The notes under the pieces were generated by a model, which did no database searches, was not told where the DNA came from, and saw nothing but the letters and a program-made list of their open reading frames with translations. A DNA stretch of 64,000 bases from a bacterium ADurb.Bin212 (GTDB lineage Bacteria; Patescibacteriota; UBA1384; XYA2-FULL-43-10): NCBI GenBank assembly GCA_002070055.1, contig MWCM01000005.1, positions 2,015 to 66,014 of the forward strand. The letters are read 5' to 3'. Positions 1 through 7,376 of the stretch are shown here, one piece after another. The first letter of the stretch is position 1. The number at the start of each line of letters is the position of its first letter. The translations under genes and the position numbers were made by a program.

Positions 1-1
1 C

Positions 2-667
2 TTGTCGACTCTGTTTTTGGGCTCCATCTCTTTAGGTGAAGATCTAAAAGTTATTCGTGATTTAGGTCTGGCTGGTATTTATATTTTTTCTTTAATAATT
101 GCAATTTTTATGGGCACGTCTCTAATTTACAAAGAGATAGATAAGAGAACCTTATTTATTACTCTCTCCAAACCAGTCTCAAGAAGCGAATTTATTATTG
201 GAAAATTTTTTGGTCTATTTGTCGGTTTGATTATTACAGTACTATTAATGTCAATTATTTATTTCCTTATTGTTGCTTTCAAAGGAGGAGTATTTGACTG
301 GCGAGGTCTAATCTCAATTAGTTTATCCCTAATTGAGATCGCCATATTTATCTCTCTTTCGATTTTATTTTCCACCTTTTCGAAACCATTAGCCTCTACC
401 ATCTATTCTGTGTTAATTCTTTATATCGGCCACTCCCTAAACATGGTTATGAGTCATTTCGAAAAGTCTGGTGGAATATCGTTATATGCGGTTAAATTTG
501 TTTATTATATCTTCCCCAACCTGGAAAAGTTTAACCTTCGAAATCTGGTGATATATGACGCGGCTATCAGTGGCGTTGAGATAACTTTATCGGTATTATA
601 TGGGGTCATTTACTGCATTGTCCTGCTATTATTGGCGATTTGGTCTTTGCGCAAACAGGAACTATAA
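2..667 (+). CDS. ABC-2-type transporter permease-like integral membrane protein (5' end truncated by window edge)
   Basis: Uninterrupted ORF running off the left edge. About 6 hydrophobic helices, with a composition typical of ABC-2/NosY-like permeases. No catalytic motif, so only a family-level call. Confidence 0.45.
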   Translation: MSTLFLGSISLGEDLKVIRDLGLAGIYIFSLIIAIFMGTSLIYKEIDKRTLFITLSKPVSRSEFIIGKFFGLFVGLIITVLLMSIIYFLIVAFKGGVFDWRGLISISLSLIEIAIFISLSILFSTFSKPLASTIYSVLILYIGHSLNMVMSHFEKSGGISLYAVKFVYYIFPNLEKFNLRNLVIYDAAISGVEITLSVLYGVIYCIVLLLLAIWSLRKQEL

Positions 668-706
668 CACATGCGCAAGATTTTTGTTTATTGTTCTTGA
701 ATTACA

Positions 707-1516
707 ATGAAAAATATCATTAAATATTCTACCCTTCTTATCCTTCTCTGTTTAATTGCCGTTCTGCAATATATTTTCGATTCGGCAAAATCAAAGTCAC
801 CCTCTGTCTCTCCATTTGTACCTAAGGCAACCGTTGTTAAAGCAGCTAATTTAGGTTTGGATTCGGCCTCCTCTTCCCTATATTGGTTACTTGCCATCCA
901 ATACTTCGGAGCTCCACAAAAAGACGGCTACCAGAAATTCGACGACTACATTGATTTAGCAACCGATCTAGACCCGAAATTCTCTCACCCCTATGCCTTT
1001 GCTACACTGGTTATGCCGCCACAAGACCTAACGGATGAAGCCATTGTAATAGCCAAAAAGGGCATAGAGAAGGCAGAAACAAAATGGGAGATAGCTTATA
1101 ATCTAGGCTTAGTTTATCACATGCACAAGGAGGACAACGTAAACGCCGCAAAATATTTTGATATCGCAGGACAGGACCCTAAAGCACCGGAAAATATTAA
1201 ATGGATCGCCGCCAATTACGGCTCAAGACCGGACATTCGGGAGCAAACGAAACTAATTTGGCAGGGGATTGCAGAGAGCACCAACGACCCCATGCTTAAA
1301 GAGAGGGCTCTTGCTTATGTATATCACTTTGAGTTAATGAGCTTTCTTGAAGCACAGGCCAAGGTATACAAAACAAGGTTCGGCACCTACCCGGAACGCA
1401 TAGAACAACTTGTAGAAAAAGACATTTTAACCATGATACCAAAAGATCCTTTTGGCTATAATTTTGTTATAGATAGTGACGGCCGAGCAAGAATTATTAT
1501 ATCTACAGAAAAATAA
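707..1516 (+). CDS. hypothetical protein with N-terminal signal/anchor helix
   Basis: 269-aa ORF with an N-terminal hydrophobic segment (LLILLCLIAVL) followed by a soluble domain. No recognisable motif. Confidence 0.4.
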   Translation: MKNIIKYSTLLILLCLIAVLQYIFDSAKSKSPSVSPFVPKATVVKAANLGLDSASSSLYWLLAIQYFGAPQKDGYQKFDDYIDLATDLDPKFSHPYAFATLVMPPQDLTDEAIVIAKKGIEKAETKWEIAYNLGLVYHMHKEDNVNAAKYFDIAGQDPKAPENIKWIAANYGSRPDIREQTKLIWQGIAESTNDPMLKERALAYVYHFELMSFLEAQAKVYKTRFGTYPERIEQLVEKDILTMIPKDPFGYNFVIDSDGRARIIISTEK

Positions 1517-1520
1517 ATAT

Positions 1521-4154
1521 TTATGCGACTGCCGTAGCAATTTGATTTGTGTGTCTTGAACGAAATAATCTAATCTCTTCGATAACAAAAAATAATACTC
1601 CTATTGCAATTACTGTTAGCCAATTACTTGAACTAAGCGGGCTCGTTGCCAAAAAGCCCTGTATCGGAGTCCAATAAAGGACCGCCGCTAAAATTACTAT
1701 TTCTGCAACAATCGCACTGGACAGATAGCGGTTTTTGAACAGGCTATCGACAATGTTAGAAATGCCACCATTTATTGAGATAACATTAACAATCTGGCAA
1801 ACAACCAAAGTAGCAAAAGCCGCAGATGTGGCTTGAGAATATGTTTGACTGTCATTACCGAAGCCTCTGTTTATTAACCAAAAATTGAGCACCGCCCCGC
1901 CACCCATAATAATTCCGACATACAACAATCTGGTTAAATTGCTTTTATTTAATAGCACCTCATCTTTGTGATTGGGACTCTGTGAGGTTAGTTCTTCGCT
2001 ACTCTCTTTATCTGCCGCCAAAGCCAGTGAGGGCAATACATCCGTGCCCAAATCCACGCTTAAAACCTGCACAGCTGTAATTGGTAAGGGCAAGCCCATT
2101 ATTACTCCCAAAAAAGCTGTCATAAACTCACCGGCGTTGGAGGATAGGACGTAAAATAAAAACTTCTTCAGATTGCCCCAAATGGTCCGACCTTCAATAA
2201 CAGCGTTAACAATTGTAGCAAAGTTGTCATCCAGCAGGATCATATCGGCAGCCTCCTTGGCCACATCTGTGCCACTTTTACCCATAGCTATGCCTATGTC
2301 AGCTTTTTTTAAAGCCAAGGCATCGTTTACCCCATCACCGGTAACAGCCACAGTCAAACCCATCTTCTGCAGAGTGTCCACAATACGATATTTCTGCCTT
2401 GGATCAGTTTGATAAAAAATACATGAGTGTAAAAGATTTTCCCTTAACTTCAAATCGTTCATCTCATAAAGCTCTTCTCCAGAGATTATTCTGCTCTCAG
2501 AACCGTTGGATAAGTTTAATGTTCTTCCGGTTGCCTCTGCGGTAACTTTATAATCACCAGTGATCATAATAATTCTAATGCCGGCTTTGTGGCAGTAATT
2601 AACCGCCTTTATCGCCTCTGGCCTTATATCATATTTGATGCCTATCAGGCCATCAAAAATCAGCTCTTTTTCAAAGTTTTTTGGGGAGTGGATTTTATCT
2701 TGAGAAAAGCCAATTAGTTCACGATGGGCAAAAGCTAATACTCTTATGCCTCTTTGGGCCATGTAATCAACACGGGTCATAATATCCTCTTTCTGGCCAT
2801 TTTTTAGTCTGCATTTTTCCAATATGACCTGTGGACTACCTTTTGCATACACATAATGTCCGTTTTCATCCTCTAAAATCACCGACATCATCTTTCTAAC
2901 GGCATTAAAAGAAAACTCATGGATTCTGGGAAAGATTTTTTTATACTTCTCGGGATTGATCTTCTTTTTCATTAGGGCTTCGTAAATAGCGATCTCATTA
3001 GGATTGCCGGACAAACTACCCTCGAGCAATTTAATATTGTGGCAAGATGCCCAATTTATTAAAAGATCACGATGTGCGTAGATATCAAATTGGCTATAGG
3101 GTATCTCTGAATCGCTATCCGCCGGCCAAACACTGGTGAGGCTCATTTTACCATAGGTTAGAGTGCCGGTCTTATCGGTGCAGATTACCTGTGTTCCACC
3201 CAATGTTTCAACGCTGGAGAGCTTTTTAACAACAGCGTTTTTTTTAGCTAACCTCGAGGCACCGAGCGACAGCGCGACAGATACCGTTGCAGGCAAACCC
3301 TCCGGCACCAATGCAGCGCCTAATGCTAAACCGAAGAGAAAAACTTCACGAAAAAAGCTAGGTGTTATGGCTGCTCCGTCAACCAAGCGGTTTCTGATCA
3401 GCTGGTAGGCTATCATTATAAGCATTATGCTAACAGCAATAATAGAAACGGTTTTGCCAACTTGTTTAAGCTTTTTTTGCAAGGGGCTTAGATCTTGACC
3501 CGTGCTTTTTGCTTCTTCGGCAATTTTGCCAAATTCGGTGTTAGAACCGATCGATTTAGTTAATATCTTAGCTTGGCCTTCAAGCACTGAAGTGCCCATA
3601 AACACTAAATTTACTTTAGGGTGATTAATATCCGCCCGATGATGCTTTGTTTGAGGGTTGCTTTCGCCGGTTAGCGAAGATTCATTTACTTTAAGTGAAT
3701 AGGCCTCAATAATCTCACCGTCTGCCGGCACAGCATCACCTGCTTGAATTATCAAAACATCCCCTGGGACAATCTCGGAGGCCAAAATCGATTTTTCGAC
3801 TCCGCCACGCATTACCTTGGCGGTTTGCGGTAAAAGATTCCTTAAGGCGCTGATAATCTTCTCTGTCTTGTATTGTTGCCAGAAACCGATTCCAGCGTTA
3901 AGAAGAACGACCGCATACATAACTTGAGCTGTTCTTGTATCACCCAGAATCCAAGATAGCGTACCTGCAATCAGCAAAATTATTACCAAAAGATCAGAAA
4001 ACTGAGATACAAGATTTTTTATCACTAAAAGCTGATTTTTTTGAGTTATTACATTAAAACCATACTGCTTACGCCTCTCAATAACCTCTGAATCGCTCAA
4101 ACCGCCAAAAGACTCATCTTTAGTAATGGTCTCTTGCTTTTTTACATCTGACAA
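1521..4154 (-). CDS. P-type cation-transporting ATPase (type IIA Ca2+/Mg2+-like)
   Basis: 877 aa. Phosphorylation motif ICTDKTGTLT, hinge motif TGDGVNDALALKKADIGIAMG, a cation-ATPase N-terminal domain and about 10 TM helices. Confidence 0.9.
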   Translation of the reverse strand: MSDVKKQETITKDESFGGLSDSEVIERRKQYGFNVITQKNQLLVIKNLVSQFSDLLVIILLIAGTLSWILGDTRTAQVMYAVVLLNAGIGFWQQYKTEKIISALRNLLPQTAKVMRGGVEKSILASEIVPGDVLIIQAGDAVPADGEIIEAYSLKVNESSLTGESNPQTKHHRADINHPKVNLVFMGTSVLEGQAKILTKSIGSNTEFGKIAEEAKSTGQDLSPLQKKLKQVGKTVSIIAVSIMLIMIAYQLIRNRLVDGAAITPSFFREVFLFGLALGAALVPEGLPATVSVALSLGASRLAKKNAVVKKLSSVETLGGTQVICTDKTGTLTYGKMSLTSVWPADSDSEIPYSQFDIYAHRDLLINWASCHNIKLLEGSLSGNPNEIAIYEALMKKKINPEKYKKIFPRIHEFSFNAVRKMMSVILEDENGHYVYAKGSPQVILEKCRLKNGQKEDIMTRVDYMAQRGIRVLAFAHRELIGFSQDKIHSPKNFEKELIFDGLIGIKYDIRPEAIKAVNYCHKAGIRIIMITGDYKVTAEATGRTLNLSNGSESRIISGEELYEMNDLKLRENLLHSCIFYQTDPRQKYRIVDTLQKMGLTVAVTGDGVNDALALKKADIGIAMGKSGTDVAKEAADMILLDDNFATIVNAVIEGRTIWGNLKKFLFYVLSSNAGEFMTAFLGVIMGLPLPITAVQVLSVDLGTDVLPSLALAADKESSEELTSQSPNHKDEVLLNKSNLTRLLYVGIIMGGGAVLNFWLINRGFGNDSQTYSQATSAAFATLVVCQIVNVISINGGISNIVDSLFKNRYLSSAIVAEIVILAAVLYWTPIQGFLATSPLSSSNWLTVIAIGVLFFVIEEIRLFRSRHTNQIATAVA

Positions 4155-4411
4155 TTTCCCCTCCCTGCAAACTTATAAAATATCTCTAATCGTAAAAATT
4201 GGGTCAAGTTTGCCAGCACAGCTATTTATCTTGATGCTTCTCTCTTTTCAAACGATCCAGATCAAACACGCCCTTGCCGCTTACCATCATCTCCTCTTTT
4301 CTTTTCTCTTCGTCCTCTTTAAGGAGTTTTTCCTCTATTTGGTCCAGATCCTCTTCTGTAAAAGCATCTGAGTAGTATGACATAGTATAATTATATCAAA
4401 GTTTTTTAAGC

Positions 4412-5113
4412 TTAATCAAAACTCTGGCTCAAGCGTCGTTTTGCCCGAATTATAGAATCCGCTCGCAGCTTAACTCGCAGATCACAAGGCAAAAAATCTA
4501 AGGTAAAATCCCTGCCTTCCAGAATAATTTTTTGATTGCACTGATTAGCAACTTTCTCTATCTCCTTAGCCATAAACTCTATAACTAGGGCTTGATTGTT
4601 AGCAGCGACTTCAGGGACCAGGCATGAGAAGTCCGGGTTATTAATATGCTTTGACAAGTGATGGGCAACATCTACGTCTTGATAGTGCAAATCTAAAGAG
4701 TTTTCAGTTAGAACATACGCGCTCTGCTCTAAGTTGTTTTGATGATTTTTCTCCCCCCTAACCATCTCCAAATAGCATAATAATCTGAAAACCTCTCCAA
4801 AGGAAAATGAAAGGGCGGATAATTCCTCTCTCAAAGCCTTAGCAGTTGAGCTTTTGCCCACGCCGCTCAAACCATCAATAGCAATAATTTTTTCATTGTC
4901 TCTTAGCGCTTTTACAATCTCATCAACCACATTAGATATTCCCACCACCGAACCGGTATCAATATTAATCACCCGCTTTGGCGGTATTTGAACCAAGCCT
5001 TTGGCAATCAAATCTTGCTTGTTAGTATTACTAATTTTACTATCCGCCTCGTCCCTCTCAAGAAGCTGTCTATGTGCTTCTGATAAAGAAGTGTTATTAA
5101 ACTGATCATCCAT
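4412..5113 (-). CDS. cmk: cytidylate kinase (CMP/dCMP kinase) with N-terminal extension
   Basis: P-loop IAIDGLSGVGKSS, and a C-terminal EGRDFTLDFLPCDLRVKLRADSIIRAKRR that matches the Cmk GRDiGTvV...K.FL.A....RA.RR region. An extended -10 TGTTATAAT and an AAGGTGG RBS lie upstream on the minus strand. Confidence 0.65.
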   Translation of the reverse strand: MDDQFNNTSLSEAHRQLLERDEADSKISNTNKQDLIAKGLVQIPPKRVINIDTGSVVGISNVVDEIVKALRDNEKIIAIDGLSGVGKSSTAKALREELSALSFSFGEVFRLLCYLEMVRGEKNHQNNLEQSAYVLTENSLDLHYQDVDVAHHLSKHINNPDFSCLVPEVAANNQALVIEFMAKEIEKVANQCNQKIILEGRDFTLDFLPCDLRVKLRADSIIRAKRRLSQSFD

Positions 5114-5160
5114 CTGCCACCTTTCTTAATGCCACTTTAAGGATTATAACAACTTTGCAC

Positions 5161-5187
5161 AAATAAAAAAATGCGGACTCTCCGCAT
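5161..5187 (-). terminator. rho-independent terminator (hairpin ATGCGGAGAGTCCGCAT followed by a T-run on the minus strand)
   Basis: Perfect 7-bp stem with a 3-nt loop, then TTTTTTATTT on the minus strand. Sits between the GC-rich segment and cmk. Confidence 0.5.
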
Positions 5188-5340
5188 TCATATCTTTAAT
5201 ATAAATCATTAGTTTAATTTTTTTCTAAGCCGAATGTAGAGGGACTCGGTCACACGTATCCGCATGCTGGCGGATCGCTCGACCCCGCCTCGGCGACAGC
5301 CTCGCCTGCGGCTTTCTCGCCCTCTCGGCTATCATACCCA
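5188..5340 (-). ncRNA. candidate small structured RNA of unknown class (GC-rich, terminator-bounded)
   Basis: A ~110-nt GC-rich segment in AT-rich surroundings. It lies between the tRNA-Leu hairpin and a downstream intrinsic terminator on the minus strand. Internal stems AGCCGAGAGGG/CCCUCUACAUUCGGCU, GGCGA/UCGCC and GGCGG/CCGCC. The overlapping 76-aa ORF is implausible. Confidence 0.3.
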
Positions 5341-5379
5341 CCAAACCAAAAAACCAAAAAAATTGGTTTTTTGGTTTGG
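5341..5379 (-). terminator. A/T-only perfect palindrome (15-bp stem, 9-nt loop) abutting the tRNA-Leu 3' end
   Basis: ccaaaccaaaaaacc / ggttttttggtttgg pair perfectly. The encoded CCA of the tRNA is part of the stem. Confidence 0.4.
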
Positions 5380-5461
5380 TGGGCGTAGAGGGACTCGAAC
5401 CCCCATGTCTTGCGACACTAGTTCCTAAGACTAGCGTGTCTACCAATTCCACCATACGCCC
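5377..5461 (-). tRNA. tRNA-Leu (anticodon UAG), type II with long variable arm
   Basis: Manual cloverleaf: acceptor GGGCGTA/TACGCCC, D-stem GTG/CAC with loop GAATTGGTAGA, anticodon stem CTAGT/ACTAG with loop CTTAGGA. Variable arm TGTCGCAAGACAT, T-arm GGGGG-TTCGAGT-CCCTC, discriminator A, encoded CCA. Strongly resembles canonical bacterial tRNA-Leu. Confidence 0.85.
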
Positions 5462-5498
5462 AAAACTTTATCGATTATAGCAGTTTTTTTGTCCTCTG

Positions 5499-6515
5499 TC
5501 ACTCAATATCTCTAACATCACCATACTTTACATATTTAAGTAGAACAAACATCACAGGGTAAACAATTAATCGACCCATTTCACTTTCCAACATAGAAAG
5601 CAAAATCTCTTGCCTCTTTTTTCTTCTAAGCCACTTTTCAATTAGATTCACCCTAAACCTCTCACCCGATATCTCTTTGGCAACCTGCTGTGCGGAGATT
5701 ATTGCCGCGTGCATACCTTTACCGGTTAAGCCTGAGATTAAACCGGCAGCATCGCCTATTAAGAAAATGTCGCCGAAACGATATCCTCTGTAATCGTAGT
5801 TAAGTGTTGCTGCCTGAAATTGACCTTGACTTATATCGATATTCTTCTCTTTTAACCATTTTTCGAAATTACTTCTCAAAAGGGAGCCGGAGATCGACTT
5901 TCTGCTTCCGCCGCAACCCACCGATGTAAATCTTTTATTTGGGAATATCCAAGCGTAGCCGCTACCAAATATTCGGCGATCAAGATATATGCTGAATCTA
6001 TCATAGGTCTGCGGTATCAGATATGTCATACCGTAGGCAATTCTATTATTGCCAAGACCCAGATATTTCCTAACGATAGAGTTAGAACCGTCTGCCCCAA
6101 CCAGGTATTGGTATTCAACGCTTTGGCCATTAATTAAGACCGTTTTTTTGTCGGCTATCTTTACTTTAGCCTCCATTATAATTTCAATATTTGGGTATTG
6201 CCTTAAAGTATCTATACAATTATTTAAATATTTGACCCTATCTATCGAAGAGATTATCGCTCCTCTGCCGGAAAAAGGGAAGGACAACTCAGACCGCCCG
6301 TAATTCATTTCTAGCTTTGATAAAGGATAATTAATCTCTTCACGATCAAAGACGTCTAAGTCACCTCTGGTAATACCATGGCCACAAGCTTTTATGCCTA
6401 AGCTGGAAAATTTTTCTGCAACCAATATCTCGAGTCCGCTTTGAGCCAGCTCAAGAGCAAGCTTAGTGCCGGCGATCCCCGACCCAATAATAATCACATC
6501 GTATTTATTTTTCAT
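5499..6515 (-). CDS. FAD-dependent oxidoreductase, geranylgeranyl-reductase family
   Basis: N-terminal dinucleotide-binding motif DVIIIGSGIAGTKLALELAQSGLEILVAEK and a GDAAG motif (LIGDAAGLISGLTGKG). Confidence 0.65.
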   Translation of the reverse strand: MKNKYDVIIIGSGIAGTKLALELAQSGLEILVAEKFSSLGIKACGHGITRGDLDVFDREEINYPLSKLEMNYGRSELSFPFSGRGAIISSIDRVKYLNNCIDTLRQYPNIEIIMEAKVKIADKKTVLINGQSVEYQYLVGADGSNSIVRKYLGLGNNRIAYGMTYLIPQTYDRFSIYLDRRIFGSGYAWIFPNKRFTSVGCGGSRKSISGSLLRSNFEKWLKEKNIDISQGQFQAATLNYDYRGYRFGDIFLIGDAAGLISGLTGKGMHAAIISAQQVAKEISGERFRVNLIEKWLRRKKRQEILLSMLESEMGRLIVYPVMFVLLKYVKYGDVRDIE

Positions 6516-6518
6516 AAC

Positions 6519-7055
6519 TTATATTGTAATCAAATCCTTAATTTTTTCAAAAGTTTTGGATCCAATTCCCTTAATATTTTGGACTTCCGAGATATCTTTA
6601 AAACCTCCGTTATTATTGCGATATTCGATAATCCGGGAAGCGTAAGCGGGACCTATGCCAGGAAGAGTGTCGAGCTGAGAAGCACTAGCGGTATTCAAAT
6701 TAATCTTAGCACTTAGAGGAGAGCTGTTAGCTGTTGTTTTTGTTGCCACACCCGCTACATCTCCGCTGTCTGTAGTAGGCGCGGAAACCTCATTTGTCGT
6801 TGCAATTGTAGCAATGCCGTTGATCTTATTTTCCAGTTCGGCGATTTTTACATTCTGCTCATCAATCTTTTTTGATAATTGCTCTGCTCCTCCATTATTC
6901 ATTATTCTTAATTCATTATTCTCACTCGTTCTCCAATACAAATATCCCCCGCTCAACATAATGCATAAAAGAAGCACGGAGCCGATATACCACCTATAAC
7001 GAAAAATAAATTCATCTGTTTTACTATCTTTTTTCCCGGATTGTTCTGATATCAT
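6519..7055 (-). CDS. comEA: ComEA-like helix-hairpin-helix DNA-binding protein
   Basis: N-terminal TM helix. C-terminal LNTASASQLDTLPGIGPAYASRIIEYRNNNGGFKDISEVQNIKGIGSKTFEKIK is a tandem HhH ComEA signature. Confidence 0.8.
   Translation of the reverse strand: MISEQSGKKDSKTDEFIFRYRWYIGSVLLLCIMLSGGYLYWRTSENNELRIMNNGGAEQLSKKIDEQNVKIAELENKINGIATIATTNEVSAPTTDSGDVAGVATKTTANSSPLSAKINLNTASASQLDTLPGIGPAYASRIIEYRNNNGGFKDISEVQNIKGIGSKTFEKIKDLITI
6892..6921. repeat. AT-rich mini-repeat family 1 copy (CCATTATTCATTATTCTTAATTCATTATTCT), in frame inside comEA
   Basis: 31/31-nt identity with 15607-15637 (iscS). Encodes ELRIMNNGG on the minus strand. Confidence 0.7.
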
Positions 7056-7065
7056 ACCCCCCGCC

Positions 7066-7356
7066 TTAGAAATGTTTTTCCTCGTAGAATCTATCTAATT
7101 TTAGAAATAATTTATGCTTATCCGAGCCTTCTGATACTCGATATAGCTTGTATTCAAATTCTTCGAAATTAATATCTACGGGAGAAATTGTGACCTTAAT
7201 TTCATCTAAACTCCCTAAGTGATATCTTTCAAGAAATTTATCTACACCACTTATGCCATTTTTCTGGCAATATGAATTGATAATATCTACCACATTTCCA
7301 ATTTCATCTTCCGGCATCTCGATACGGGGATACGGGTTTGGCATCTCTCCTGGCAT
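7066..7356 (-). CDS. hypothetical protein (96 aa)
   Basis: ORF only. No motif recognised. Confidence 0.35.
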   Translation of the reverse strand: MPGEMPNPYPRIEMPEDEIGNVVDIINSYCQKNGISGVDKFLERYHLGSLDEIKVTISPVDINFEEFEYKLYRVSEGSDKHKLFLKLDRFYEEKHF

Positions 7357-7376
7357 AACAATCCTTTTATTAAAGA

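Noticed and set aside
4222-4383. Unlisted 53-aa acidic ORF (MSYYSDAFTEEDLDQIEEKLLKEDEEKRK...) upstream of the P-type ATPase on the minus strand
   Set aside because: No SD-like RBS, and a highly biased EK composition that can arise by chance in AT-rich DNA. I kept it out of the feature list. It could be a small regulatory protein.
5188-5340. Second tRNA, tmRNA or tRNA-Sec reading of the GC-rich segment next to tRNA-Leu
   Set aside because: No 7-bp acceptor pairing between the ends, no anticodon arm of the correct geometry, and it is far too short for tmRNA. Only the 13-nt T-arm-like repeat is shared with the tRNA.
5225-5455. 76-aa ORF on the minus strand
   Set aside because: It overlaps the tRNA-Leu gene and the GC-rich structured segment. 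The product is Arg/Pro-rich. I treat it as non-coding.
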